From Scenedesmus sp. PABB004 (lineage: Eukaryota), in contig JABVCE010000017.1 in NCBI GenBank assembly GCA_014905635.1, positions 124,001 to 188,000 on the forward strand: a stretch of 64,000 nucleotides of DNA, in the 5' to 3' direction. The number at the start of each line of letters is the position of its first letter. Positions within the stretch are counted from its first letter, which is position 1. The position numbers were made by a program, and so were the translations under genes. The notes beneath the pieces were generated by a model. That model searched no databases, was not told where the DNA came from, and saw only the letters and a program-made list of their open reading frames with translations. Of the stretch, positions 15,031 to 27,995 are shown piece by piece.

Positions 15031-16875
15031 ATGGCAGCCGCGGGCGGCGCGCCCAAGATCAGCCCCGCCGCCGTGGGCGGCCTGGCACGGCTGCTGCTCG
15101 GCGGCGGCCTCGCCGCGTACGGCGCGGCAAACTCGCTGTTCAACGTGGAGGGCGGCCACCGCGCCATCGTGTTCAACCGCCTCCTCGGAATCAAGGACGA
15201 GGTGCGCGACGGCGCGCGGGCGGCAGGGCCGGCGGCGCGGCGCGCGCGGCAGCGGCGGCTGCAGCGGCCGCGCCGGCGCAGGCGCCGGTGCGCCACGCCG
15301 CCGCGGCGGCGTCCGTCCCACGCCGCGCCGCCGCCGCCGGCGTCGCCAGATCTACGCGGAGGGCACGCACCTCATGGTCCCCTGGTTTGAGCGCGCCATC
15401 ATCTACGACGTGCGCGCGGCCGCCGAGCCTCATCCAGAGCCAGAGCGGCAGCCGCGACCTGCAGATGGTGCGCCGGCGCGCGGGGCGCGGCGCGGCGCGG
15501 CGCCTGGCGCGCGCGTGCGCGTGGCGGCGGCAGCGGCGCGCGCGCGGCATCAGGCAGCGGCCCACGCTGCCTGCCGCCCGCGCCCGCCGCGCAGGTCAAC
15601 ATCGGGCTGCGCGTGCTGACGCGGCCCAACCCGGAGAAGCTGCCGGAGCTCTACCGCACCCTCGGCCAGGCGCGCGCGCTGCGCCGCGCTGCTGCGCCGC
15701 GCTGCTGCGCCGCGCGCCAGCCGCGCGCCGCCCGCCGCGGCGCTGTGCGCCCTCTCCCCCCTCGGTGTCGGCGCCCCACCCACCTGCGCACGCGCCCGTC
15801 GCCCGCGACGCTCGCAGGACTACGCGGAGCGCGTGCTGCCGAGCATCATCCAGGAGACGCTGAAGAGCGTCGTCGCGCAGTACAACGCGAGCCAGCTGCT
15901 CACGATGCGCGAGGTGCGCCCGCGCCCGCGCCCGCTCGCCTCCCTCCCTCCTGCCCCCCCCCCCGCCCCCCCCCCCCCCCCAAAAAAACCTCCCCTTACA
16001 GACATGACACATGACAAGTAACGCGCCCCGTGCCGCCCCCCCCCCTCCGGCCAGGTCGTGTCGCGCGACATCCGCCGCATCCTCGCCGCGCGCGCCTCCT
16101 ACTTTCACATCGTGCTCGACGACGTCTCCATCACCAACCTCACCTTCTCCCGCGAGTACACCGCCGCGGTCGAGGCGAAGCAGGTCGCGCAGCAGGACGC
16201 GGAGCGCGCCAAGTTCATCGTGAGATGCGGGCAGCGGGGCGCGGCGGGGCGGCGCGGCGCGGGGAGGGAGGCGCGGGAGGGCGGCGCGGGGAGGGAGCGA
16301 GCCAGCGGCCCGGGGCAGGGCGCGGCGAGCAGGGGGAGGGGGGACAGGGGGGAGCTGCGCACTGCGCGCTGCGTGCTGCGCGCTGCGTGCTGCGCGCTGC
16401 GTGCTGCGCGCTGCGGGGGAGGCGGCGCTCACCCGCTCCCGGCGCCGCCCGTGCCGCGCGCCGCGTCGCGCCCGCGCAGGTGGACCGCGCGGTGCAGGAC
16501 AAGCAGAGCGCGATCGTGCGCGCGCAGGGTGAGGCGCAGAGCGCGCGGCTCATCGGGCAGGCGGTGCAGCAGAACCCCGCGTTCCTCACGCTGCGCAAGA
16601 TCGAGGTGCGCTTGCAGGACGCTTGCAGGACAGGCTTGTTTGCAGGACGGCGCGCGCGCTTGTTTCGTTTGCAGGACGGGTCGGGTCGTGCGGCGGGTCG
16701 GGCGCGCGCGCGCGGGTTTCGCTCACGCCCGCCGCCGCGCGCCGCGCCGCGCCGCGCGCAGGCGGCGCGCGACGTCGCGGCGACGATCGCGGGGAGCAGC
16801 AACCGGGTGTTCCTCAACGCCGACAGCCTGCTGCTCAACCTGGGCGAGCTCAACACCGGCATGTCCAACAAGTGA
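15031..16875 (+). CDS. PHB2: Prohibitin 2 (SPFH domain); one apparent 1-nt indel near 15420
   Basis: [102 protein letters not shown]. Confidence 0.95.
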
Positions 16876-16997
16876 GCGGGGGCGCCTCTCTCGCGCGGAC
16901 GGCGCGGCGCGGACGGCACCGGCGGCGTGGGACGGCGGGGAGGGTGGGCAGGAGGGCGGAGCAGCGGTGCGGGATCGTCGGGAGTAAGCGAGCGAGT

Positions 16998-17079
16998 GGC
17001 GGCGGCGGCGTGGTGGTGGTTTATGTGACGACGCCGAGCGCGGAGGTCGCCGACTCGCTCGCGACCGCACTCGTGGGCG
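16998..17079 (+). repeat. 82-bp duplicate of CutA coding sequence (14026-14107)
   Basis: GGCGGCGGCGGCGTGGTGGTGGTTTATGTGACGACG...CTCGTGGGCG reads identically at both loci. Confidence 0.9.
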
Positions 17080-17645
17080 CGCGCCGTACGCCGACAGCGA
17101 GGGAGAGCAGGCCGCAGACGGGGCCAGCGGCAGGGCCGCCTTGGCGCCGCCAGCAGCGCGCGCCGCGGCGGTGAAGCGCGGCTCCTGCCCTTCAGCGACC
17201 ACCCGCGCGTTCACCCGGTCAGCGCCGCCAGGTGCGGTCACTCCTCGTCGCCCTGGTCCCGTCGCCCAGCCCGCACGCCAGCCCCGCAGCCGGAGCGAGC
17301 AGGCCCGCTCTCGACTGCCCGCCCTCCAGCGCCCGCCAGGCCGCTCGAGCGGCGCTGTTCAGGCGCTCACCTGCTTGTTCGGGGTGATCTGCGCGTCCCG
17401 CCGGCGCAGCGCAGCCGGGCCCGACGCCTCGCGGCGGCGCGGAGCGACGAGGTGAGGCGGACGGCGCCGCCGCTGAGCGTGCATGCATGCAGCGCCAGGC
17501 TGGGGCGCCCGGCCGGCCGCGAGGCCGCCGCTGCCTCCCGCCACCGCTGGCTCCTACGGCGGCGCGCCGCGCGCCCGCGGCAACCGCCGCAACCGCTCCG
17601 CCGCAGCAGCTGTCGGCGCGCCGCGCGCTGGGCGCGAGGGGCGCG

Positions 17646-20600
17646 ATGCAGCTGACTGTGGCGGCCTGGGACGACCGGGTGTTCCCGGTGGAGATTGACG
17701 GCGCGGAGACGCTGCACACGCTGCAGGTGGGGCGGGGGGCGCGGGGCGCGCGCTGCCGCCGCGCTGTCGCCGCCGCTGCTCGTGCCGCCGCGGCCGGCGT
17801 GCGCCGCGGGCGCGCCCGACCGCGCCTGGCACCGCGCGCGCGCAGGCCATCCTGGAGGCGGAGAGCGGCCTCACCGCGCCGCAGCAGCAGCTGCTGCACA
17901 ACGGCCGCGCCGCCGGGCGCGGGCGGGCAGGCGCTGTCGGCGCTGGGGCTGGCGGACGGCGACATGCTGATGCTCATGCCGGCGCAGGCGGCGGGTGCGC
18001 GTGCCGCGCGGGCGCGCCGGCGCGGCGGCAGCGGCAGCGCTGGCGGCAGGGGCGGCGCGCTCACGCGCCCGCGCCCGCCGCTGCTGCGGACCAGGCGGCG
18101 CCGCGCCTAGGGCCGGTGGCGCGCGCGGCGGCGGCGGCGCCGCCGCTGGCGGCGCGGCGGACCCCATGCTGGAGCTGGCGCCAGACGGCAGCGCCAAGGT
18201 GCCAGCCGCGTTCATTCAGGTGCGCGCACAGCCAGCGGCGGCAGCGCGGGCGCCGCGCTGCGCCGTGCCGCACCAGACTGCCGCCGCGCAGCCACGCGCC
18301 GACGCCCTCGCCCCCCTCCCCCCCCCTCCGCTGCCCGGGGCGCCGCCGGGGCGCACAGACCATCAAGGGTCGGCCGGAGATGCTGGCGGCCATCGCCGCC
18401 AACAACCCCGTCCTCGCGTCGGCCATCCGGTGAGCTGCGCGCGTGCGTGGGGGCGTCGCACGTGTCGCACGCGGGCGGCAGCACGGCCGGCCCCCGCGCT
18501 GCACACCCGCGCTGCTCTCCTCCCGCTGAGAACCCGCCGCGCCCGCGCCCCGACGCCCCTGCGCCGCGCGCACAGCAACGACGACGTCCCTGCGCTGCAG
18601 GCGGAGCTCCGGCACATGCGCACCGTGCAGGCGGAGCAGCAGGCGCGGCGCTCAGCGCGCGGGGGGGCCGGCAGCGGGCGCGCGCGGGCCGGCGGCCTCG
18701 CGGCCCGGCAGCTCGGCGGTCACGCCGCGGCGGCGGCGCGCCTCGCCCGCCCGCGCGCCCCACGCCACACGCCCCGCGCCCACGCCCCGCGCCTCGCGCC
18801 GTGCCCCGCGCCGCGCCGTGCGCAGGCGGCGGCGGCGCACGAGGCCGAGCTGGCGGGCGCCGACCCGTTTGACCCCGACGTCCAGGCCAAAATCGAGGCC
18901 ATGATCCAGGTGGGTCGTGGGGCGGCTTGGGGCACGTGTGTGCCGGGCCTGAAACGCAGCCTGAGCACCCCAACAAGACCCCGCCGCGCGGCGGGCCGGC
19001 CGGCGGCCCTGCTACGCCCGCCCACGCGCGCGCCCGCCCGCTCACCTGGACCTCACACACCCCAAACCGCAGAAGCAAAACATCGAGGAGAACCTCGCCG
19101 CCGCGCTGGAGCACAACCCCGAGGTCTTTGGCAGCGTGACGATGCTGTACGTCGACATGGAGGTGAGTCAGTCAGCGGCGCATGGAGGTGTCGTTGCTTG
19201 CGCGCCGCGCCGTTTGTGGGTGAGCGCGGCGCGGCGCGAGGTACAGGTCTTCCTCCAGTTCGCGAGTGGAGGTGCACCTCCACCTCGCGCCGCGCAGCGC
19301 TCACCCCACAACGGCGCAGCGCGCAAGCAACAGCTGTTGCGACGCGGCGTCGCTTGCACGCTGCAGGCGTTCTCATGCTGACAGCGCAGCGCGCAAGCGA
19401 CGCCGCGCCGCAGCGCCGCGCTCACCTCCGTGCCGCCGCGCTGTTTGGCCGACCGACGCGGTCCCCCGTCCTGCGCGCTCGGCGCGGGCCCGCACTGCCC
19501 TCCACCGCCCGCTCCCTCCGCACACGCCCCCCCCCCCCCCCCCCACCCTCCCCCCCCCCCACACACCCACCCCCACACGCGCGCGCGCCCGCCAGGTCAA
19601 CGGCGTGCCGGTCAAGGCGTTTGTTGACAGCGGGGCGCAGATGACCATCATGACACAGGTGGGGGTTTAGGAGGGCTCTGTGCGGGGGTTTAGGAGCGCT
19701 CTGTGCGGGGGTTTAGGGCTCTGTGCGGGGGCCCAGGCGCCGGTCGGTTTCCGCCCCGAGGCCGCCCGCGCGCCGCCGCCGTGCGCGCCTGCCCCGCCGC
19801 CCCGCCGCCCCACACACGCGCGCGCCGCCCCCGCCCGGCGCCGCAGGAGTTTGCGGGGCGCTGCCACCTGATGCGCCTGATGGACACGCGCTTTGCGGGC
19901 ATGGCCGTGGGCGTGGGCTCGTCGCGCATCCTCGGCCGCGTGCACCAGGCGCCGCTCAAGGCGCGGCGGCGACTGCGTCGCGCGGCGCGGCGGCGCGCGG
20001 CGCTGCAGGGGTTGTGCCTCGTGCCCCCTCGCTCTCTCCCCCTCCCCCTCCCTCCCGTCCCCGCACGCCCACACGCGCGCCCACCTCCCGCCCGCCCACA
20101 CACGCCCGCCTCCCCCTCCCTCCTCCACACCCCCCCCCCGCAACAGGTCGCGGGCCACTTCACGACCGCCTCCATCACCGTGCTGGAGCAGCGCGAGGGC
20201 CCGCAGTTCATCTTTGGGCTCGACATGCTCAAGCGACACATCTGCACGCTCGACCTCGGCGCGGGCGCGCTACGCTTCGGCTCGTGCGACGCGACGCTGC
20301 CCTTCCTCCCGGGTGCGGCGCGGCGCGCGCAGGGGCGCGCGGGGCCGGGCGGGCGCGGGCGCCGGGCCCGCCGCCGCGCCCGCGCGCGCCGCCGCACGCC
20401 GGCCGCTGGGCCGTCGCGGGGCCGCCGCGAGCGCGCGCGCGTGGCTCGCGGCACTGTGTTTCCACGTGGAGGGGCGGCCACAACACAGGCCACGTGCGCC
20501 GGCCCTCCACGTGGAAGCACAGCGCCGCGAGCCACGCGCGCGCCGCCGAACGCCCCGGCGCGCAGCCCGCGCCGCGCCGCCGCCGCGCTGCGCCCCCTCC

Positions 20601-21096
20601 CACGCGCCCCTCGTGCTCCCGTTTTTCACCCCCCTCACGCACGCCCCGCACACTCACACTCACAATCCCCTCGCACTCTCCCCTCTCGCCCCCAGAGCAC
20701 CTCATCCCCTCTGACTTCAAGGCCCACATTGAGGACGTCTCCAAGGCGCAGGCAGAGAAAAACGTCAGCGACGCAGCCGCCGCGGACGCCGGCGGCGCGG
20801 GCCCGAGCGCGGGCGCGGGCGCGGGCGCCTCGGCGAGCGCCGGCGCCGCCGGCGGCGCGGCTCCGATGGACGTCGCCGCGTCGCCGGCGCCCGCCGCGCG
20901 GGCGGCGGGCGGCGCCCCGGCCGCCGCCGCTGCGCCCGCGCCGGCTGCGCCGGCCGCGCCGGCGGGCGGCGGCGCCGACGCGGGCAAGGTTGCGCAGCTC
21001 GCGGGGCTGGGGTTCTCGCCCGAGCAGGCGGCCGCCGCGCTCGCGGCGGCGGGCGGCGACGTCGACGCGGCGGCGGCGATGCTCTTCGGAATGTGA
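17646..21096 (+). CDS. DDI1: DNA damage-inducible protein 1 (UBL, helical domain, retroviral-like aspartic protease, UBA)
   Basis: N-terminal UBL MQLTVAAWDDRVFPVEID, ADPFDPDVQAKIE, EHNPEVFGSVTMLYVDME|VNGVPVKAFVDSGAQMTIM, FIFGLDMLKRH, C-terminal UBA LAGLGFS...GGDVDAAAAMLF. Confidence 0.95.
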
Positions 21097-21900
21097 GCGC
21101 GGCGGGCGGTGTGCGGCGCGGCGGCCGCGTGCGCGCGCGACGCGCGTCGCGTCTGCCGCTGAGCCGGCGGGGGGGCGCTTCTTTCCTCTGTGTTGCGCGC
21201 TGCTGATCGCGGCGATCGTAACGGGCCGGCCGTGCGTGCGTTTGCTCGTCGTCCGCGTTCGCTCGTCGTCATCCGCGAGCGACGCCAGGAGCGGGCGCGT
21301 CTCAGCGCCCGCCCGCCAGACGGCCCGACAGCGCGGCGACGGGCGGCGGCGCCCCTGGGCCGCGCGCGGCGCGCTCGCAGCGCCGCGCGAGGCGGGACAG
21401 GGGCCCGCCGCCGCCGCCGCCGCACAAAACAGCGCTCGTCCTCTCTCCACCGCAGAGAGCGAGAGAGAGAGAGAGAGAGAGGAGGGGGCGCAGGGGCAGC
21501 TCCAGGCATGTACACGCGCCGCCGCCGCTCGGCACACAGGTGCCGCCCAGCCTGCGCGCCGGGCAGAGCGGCACTGCCCCACACAGCCGCCGTCCGCCGC
21601 AAATAACACCGCCGCCGCACGCCCCCTGCCAGTATGCTGCTGCCTGCTGCTGCGTCAGCCCTGCCGCAAGGCGCGGGCAGGCAATCCTCGGTGTGCTTGG
21701 GAGTGCTTGGAGGCCGCAAGCGTCCAAGCCAAGAGTGCATTTGTTCGTTTGGTTGACCACCACCACCGCCGCCGCTCCTTCGCCGGCCACGGGCCACGGG
21801 GCGCGGGCCCCCGGCCGCCGCGCCGCGCCGCGCCGCGCCGCGCCGGGGCGGCCGCGCTGCCGCTGCAGCGCGCCGCCCCAGCGCGCGCGCCGCGCCGGCG

Positions 21901-22370
21901 TCACCGCCCGCCGAAGAGCCAGAAATGCCGCCCCGCGCGACGGCCGCCCCCGCTGCTGCTCCCCTCTGCATCGAGCAGCCCCGCGCCGGCACCACCGGCG
22001 CCGTCGTGCGCGGCGGCGTGCAGGCGCATCGCGCTCGCGCGCGCGACGCGGCGCAGGTGCAGGTGCGCGGCGGCGAGCCGCGACGACGAACGCCGCCGCG
22101 CCGCGGCGAGGCTCGACCCCGCGAGCGCCTCGGGGCCGCCGCCCGCGACCCAGGCCTCCATCTGGCCGCCAAAGAGCTTGTTGTATTCGATGAGCTGCCG
22201 GCGGAGGTAGAGGAGGCGGGGGTACTGCGACAGGTGCCTGGGGTTGTGGGTGGGTTGCGGGGGCGGGCGGGCGGGTGGGTGGCGGGTCGGCGAGAGGGGG
22301 AGGGAGAGAGAGAGAGAGAGAGAGAAAGAGGAGAGAGAGAGAGGGAGAGAGAGAGAGAGAGAGAAAGAGG

Positions 22371-22428
<58 letters not shown>

Positions 22429-25400
22429 AGGAATAGAGGGAGAGAGAGAGAAATAGAGAGAGAGAGAGAGGAAGAGAGAGAGGGAGAGAGGACGGCGGGC
22501 GGGGCGGCGCGCACCGGTACGCCCAGTGCTGCGCCTCGTCCGCGATGGCCGCCGCGGTGCGGGGGCTGCCCTCCAGCCGCTCCACGAGGCGCAGCACCTG
22601 GTCCCCCGCGTCCGCGCCGGCGGTGAAGGGCGCGTAGTGCTTCCAGGGCTTCAGCGACCTGCGCAGCGCAGTGGCGGGCGCGGGCGCGTGGGCGGGCAGG
22701 CGCGTGGGCGGTGTGGTGGCCTGGGCGGTGGGCTGTGAGGCCGAGCAGGCGGGGATATATGAAGCAGCCACACGCAGCAGCGCCATTGCGGCCCACGCGC
22801 CTGTAGTAGTATTCAATCCAGTCGCTCTCCTCCTTGAGCACCACGCTGTTGGTCAGCATCACCTTGACCAGCCGCGTCTGCGGGGCGTGGCGGTGTTGGC
22901 GGCGGCGTTGGCGCGGTGGTGTTGTGCGGCGCGTGCGGGCGAGCCGCGCGGGCGGCCGCCGCGCGGGCGCTGGCGGGGCGGGACGGTGCGGCGCGCGGCT
23001 TGCGGGCGCGCCTGCGCGACGCAGCCGTCTGCACTGACGAGGTACTTGTACTTTGCGTGGTCGGGATGGACACAAAGCTCGCCTTGCTGAACCTGGGGGG
23101 GGGGGGGAACAGGGCGGCGGGTGAGGCACGGAGCGGCGGGTGAGGCACAGCGCGGGGGCGCGGTGCTGGGCGGGGCGGCAGGGGGCTGTGCGCGCGCGGG
23201 GCGCCGCCGCCGCTGGCCGGCAAAGCAGCACGCGCGGTGCGCTCGAGGCACGCCGCAGGCCGCGCGGCTGCATTGCAATCCAATGCAGTTCAATGCAGGT
23301 CAATGCAGGTCAATGCAATGCAGGTCAAATGCAGGTCACATGCAGGTCAGCGCAATGCAGGTCAAATGCAGGTCAGTGCAGGTCAATGCAATGCAGGTCA
23401 AATGCAGGTCACATGCAGGTCAGATGCAGGCAAGTCAGTCCCAGCCCCCCGCCGCACCTGTACTTGAGGAAGTGCTTGTCCGCGCCGTCGATGCGCGTGA
23501 TGCCGAGGTCAAGGCGGCCCGGGTGGTACTCGCTCGTCACCGCGAGCACCGCGCGGCTGCTGTTGGGCGGCATGCAGCCCTGCGCGCGCGCGCGCGCGCG
23601 CGTGTGCGCGTGTGTGTGCGCGCGCGTGCGTGTGCGTGTGTGGGAGGGGGGGGGGAGGTGACGACGGCGGCAGCGCGCGCGCACAGGGGGGAAAGGGAGC
23701 GAGCGCCGCCCGGCTCCGCCTCCCGAGCCGCCCGCGCCGCCCCGCCTGCCGGCGCCCTGGCGAGCGCCCCGCCCCGCCCCGCCCCGCCCCGACAAGACCC
23801 TGAGCCCCTAAACCCCATCACCCCTGAGCCCCAGGGCTTGCCTGCTGGCTCGCGCGCATGAAGGCGGTCGGGCGCTTTGCCTCCCAGGGGAAGAGGTAGA
23901 GGTCCTCGTAGTGGTGGTTGAACACCTGGGGGTTTAGGAGGGTTTAGGGGGCGGCGGGGCGCAGGGTTTAGGGTGTAGGGGCGTTGGAGGGCGCAGGGGC
24001 GCGCCGCCGCCGGGCCGCGCACCGCGCGCGCGCGACGGTCGGCACACGCGCACGCAGCGCCGCGCGCGGTCAACACGCGTACACGCGCAACGCACCGGCA
24101 GCAGGACCTCGTTGGTGTCCAGGTTGCGCCCGTGTCGCCACTTCTTGTAGTTTGTGAACACCGGCAGCGGGCAGCGCCCCTCGGCGCAGATGGGGAAGTC
24201 GTCAATGTTCAGCACAAAGGCAGAGTCTGGGGTGTGAGCGGGGGTTGGCGGGGTTCAGGGGCGGGTTGGCGGGGTTCAGGGGCGCGGGGTTTGAGGAGGC
24301 TCGGCGCGGCGGGGCACGGGGACCGCGGCGCGCGCGGCGCGGCGGACCTGGGAAGCCGAGCGAGCGCGCGCCCTCGACCGCGGCCTTTATGCAGGCAAAG
24401 CGCCAGTGGTTGTCGCCACCGCGCAGCCAGTGCACCTGCGCCCGGGGCGGCGGTGGGCGCGCCGCGCCGCGGCCGCCGCCCGCCCGCCGCTGCGCGGCCG
24501 GCCGCCGCGCCGCCCCGCCCGCCGCTGCCCCGCCGCTGCCCCGCCGCGCCGCGCCTGCACGGTGCCGTTGCGCACGACCACCAGGCCCGCGTTGCCCTCG
24601 CCGAGCTCGTGCCGCGGGACGTTCTCATTGAACCCCTGCGCCGCCGGCCGGCGCGCGGCGGACGCGGGGCGGCGCTCGGCCGCCGCCGCAGCCGCTGCCG
24701 CCGCGCCTGCCGCCGCCGCCGCCGCCACCACCCTGCCGCCGCCCCGCACGCCGTCTGCCGCCGCCGCCCTGCTCTGCTGCCGCCGCCACCACCCTGCCGC
24801 CGCCCTGCCCTGCCCTGCCCCGCCGCCCTGCTCTGCTGCCGCCGCCACCACCCTGCCGCCCTGCCCTGCCGCCGCCGCCCGCTCTGCCGCCCTGCCCTGC
24901 CGCCCTGCCCTGCTGCCCTGCCCTGCCGCCCTGCCCTGCCGCCGCGCCGCACCCGCACAAAGTCCTCAAACTCCTTGATGCTCCACCCCCGGGGCGGCGG
25001 AAGGGGGCGAGGTCGGGCTCCAGGTTGTCCCGGAAGAGCGCCGCCAGGTCGGCGTCGGTGCGCGCGCGCTCAAAGCCGGGCGCATACGCGAGCACTTCGA
25101 CGCGCCCCGGCGGCGGCGGCTCCTGCGCCGGCGGCGGCGGCGGCGGTCGCGCGGGGCGGCGGTCGCGCGGGCGCGGGCGCGGCGCCCGTCGCGCGGCGGT
25201 GCCTGCCGCTGCTGCCGGCGGCGGCGGCGACGCGGGGCAGCGGGCGCGCTGCTGCGCCAGCGTCGCCGCGCCGGCGGCTGCCCACGTGTCTGCCGCCGCG
25301 GGCGCGGCCAGGGCTGTGGCTCGCTGCGGCGGGCGATCTGGTCGGCTGCCAGGCCAGGGGGGCCCGGGTGGGAGCGTGGAGGAGTCGGGGGCAGCAGCCG

Positions 25401-25706
25401 GCCCCTGGGCCGGTAGTGGCCCGCCCACCGCCGGCGCGGCTGCTGCTGCGCTGGCGCACGGGGCGAGTCCCGATCGAATTGCGCGTTCCGCGCCCGGCGG
25501 CCGGCCGGCCGGGCGCCGGCTCGCGCCGGGCGGGCGCTGCGCGCCCCCGCACCGCACGCGCCGCGCGCGGGCGCGTCGCCGCGCACCTCCTGGCGCAGCA
25601 GGGCCTTGTAGATGGTGGACTGGTTCACCAGCTGCCCGCCAATGCGCGGCGCGGCCAGCAGCTGGAGGCCGGCCAGCAGCAGCAGGAGCGCCCCGCGCCG
25701 AGCCAT
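21901..25706 (-). CDS. Glycosyltransferase family 90 (CAP10/KDELC-like) with signal peptide or anchor
   Basis: MARRGALLLLLAGLQLL, VLNIDDFP, DTNEVLLP, FPWEAKRP, DHAKYKYLVSADGCVAQ|TRLVKVMLTNSVVLKEES...EYYYRSLKPWKHYAP. Confidence 0.8.
22294..22490. repeat. Imperfect (GA)n microsatellite in a GT90 intron
   Basis: About 190-bp purine tract. Confidence 0.9.
23268..23432. repeat. About 10-bp minisatellite (AATGCAGGTC)n in a GT90 intron
   Basis: More than ten degenerate ATGCAGGTCA units, AT-rich relative to flanks. Confidence 0.85.
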
Positions 25707-26136
25707 GCCGCCGCCGCCCTCAGCTCCAGCTCATGCTGGCTCGAGCTCGATTTTGCGGCGGTTGCGGCGCGCCGGCGCTCGTGCGGCCCGGGCCGAGTGC
25801 TGCGCGCGACCAGCAGCAGCGCCTGCGCCTGTGGCGGTGCCTGGGTGGGCTGCGTGTGTCTGTGGTGGCCGTGGGATGCGCCGGCGGGCAGGGCGGGCGC
25901 GCGCCGCGGTGGACGAATGACAGCAGCGGCGGCGGCGCAGGGCGCGGGTGTGTGCGCTCGCGCGGCGCAACCTGCGCTGCCGCCGCCGCTCGCGCCACTC
26001 GCCGCGAAGACGTCCAGACCACAGCCGCCCTCACAGCCCTGCGCACTCCACAGCGGCCGCGCGCTGCGCACCACCAGCGCCCGCCCGCGCTCCCACCGCC
26101 GCGTCGCCGCGCAACACACAAGACCCGCCCGCCGCC

Positions 26137-27718
26137 ATGTACGCCCTGGCGCGGCCACCGGCGGGCGCCGCCGCGGCGCCGGCGCGGCGCGCCGCTGCCG
26201 GCAGCAGCAGCAGCAACCGCTGCGCGCCCGTGCGCGCCGCGGCGCGCCGCGGCCCCGCGCCGCCGCCGCCCGGCGGCGCCCTCGCCGCGCCGGCGTGCGC
26301 GGCGCGCGGCGCCGGCAGCCGCGGCGTCGCGTGCAGGTGTGCCCCCGCGCCGCAGCGCGCGGCGCGCTCATCTGCGCCGCCGCCGCCCACCGCGCCCCGC
26401 GCGGCCGCGGCCGCCCCGCAGGGTGCTGACTGAGAGCGCCACGCTCGACATCGGCTCGCCCGCGCCGACGTTCGAGCTGCCGGACCCGCTGTCCGGCGGG
26501 ACCGTGAGCCTGTCCGGCGCCGCGGCGGGGGCCAAGGCCACGCTGGTGATGTTCATATGCAACCACTGCCCCTTTGTGGTCATGCTCAAGCGTGAGACAG
26601 CGAGGGCGCGAGCGCGCGCCGCGCCGCGCGACACGCACGACGCGGGCTGGCGCCGCGCGGGCCAGCGGCACCGCGCCGCGGCGCCGCGCGCCCGACGCCG
26701 CCCCCGCCCCGCCCCTCCCCCGCGCCTCTCGTGCGCCACGCGGCCGCGCGGCCACCCCAGCCGCCATCGCGGCGCTGGCCAAGGAGTACCAGGCCCGCGG
26801 CGTCGCGGTGGTGGCCATCAGCAGCAACAGCACCGCCACGCACCCGCAGGACGGGCCCGAGGCGATGGCGGCCGACGCCAAGGAGCAGGGTGCGCCCCCG
26901 CGCGCCGCGCGTTGACCCTCCCGCTTGCTGCCCCGCTCGCTCCCACCTCCCTCCCTCCCTCACACTCCCTCCCTCCCTCCCTCACATGCGCACACACGCA
27001 CACGCGCGCACTCGCTCACCCCTCCCCGCCGCCAGGCTACACCTTCCCGTACCTCTTTGATGAGTCACAGGCGGTCGCGCGCGCCTACACCGCGGCAAGC
27101 ACCGCGCCGCGCCGCCGGTGGCCGCGCGGCAGCCCCCGCCCCCCCCCCTCCCCTCCCCGCCGCCGCCGCCGCCGGGGCGCGCACGCCCTTGTGTTGCGAG
27201 CACGCTGCGCTGACGCCGCCTGCGCCGGCCGCCGGCGCCCGCGTTTGCCAGGCGTGCACGCCCGAGTTTTACGTCTTTGACGGCGACCTGCGCCTCACCT
27301 ACCACGGCCAGTTTGACGACGCGCGGCCCAACAACGGCAAGCCCGTCACGGGTGCGGCGCGTTCGGCCCAGCTCGGGCGTTCGTTTGTCCCGTGGGGCGG
27401 GCGGGAGGGCGGGCGGCCGCGTGCCGACGACCGCCGCCGCCGGCGCGCCCGCCCCGCCGTGCGCCAGGCGCCGACCTGCGCGTCGCGCTCGACGCCGCGC
27501 TCGCGGGCGCGCCGCTGCCGGCCGACTTCACGCCGCGGCCGAGCATCGGTTGCAACATCAAGTGCGCCCCGCGGCGGCGGCGCGGGGCGGCGCTGCTCGC
27601 CCCGGGCCGGCCGACGCCAGGCGCTGGCGCGCCGCGGCCGACGCGGCGCCGCGCGCACCGCAGGTGGCACCCGGGGCAGGAGCCCGACTACTTCGGCAGC
27701 CAGATCGTCAAGAAGTGA
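26137..27718 (+). CDS. Peroxiredoxin-like / AhpC-TSA thioredoxin-fold protein with probable plastid transit peptide
   Basis: IGSPAPTFELPD, LVMFICNHCPFV (CxxC), VAISSN...HPQDGPEAM, YTFPYLFDESQAVARAY, ACTPEFYVFD, YHGQFDDARP, PSIGCNIKW. Confidence 0.9.
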
Positions 27719-27995
27719 GCTGAGCTGACAGGCTGGCAGTCAGGTCAGTGAGGCGCATGCGGGCGCTTGGTCGAGCGAGCGCACGAGAGAGCGGCGGCGG
27801 GTGTGTGACACAGTAACAGCTCGCCGGGGCGCTGGTGTAGCGTCTAGGTAGCGGCCCGAACTCTCCGCGTCCCAGACCGCTCGCGCTGCGAGCCGGAGCG
27901 GGCGCACTCGCTCGGCGCCATCCCGCGTGGGCTTGGTCCCGGTTGGCGAGCGCACGGCTGCGGCGGCGCTGTTCAAGCACGCCTGAGTCCTCATC

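Noticed and set aside
15410..15430. Frameshift in PHB2 (similar ones near 57545 and 59830 in subtilases) as pseudogenisation or programmed frameshifting
   Set aside because: Single indels in GC runs within otherwise intact conserved genes are best explained as sequencing or assembly errors; not confirmable without reads
20229..27280. Long Arg/Ala/Gly/Pro-rich six-frame ORFs (for example 1024, 765 and 751 aa)
   Set aside because: Stop-codon scarcity at very high GC; they overlap spliced genes and carry no independent protein signal
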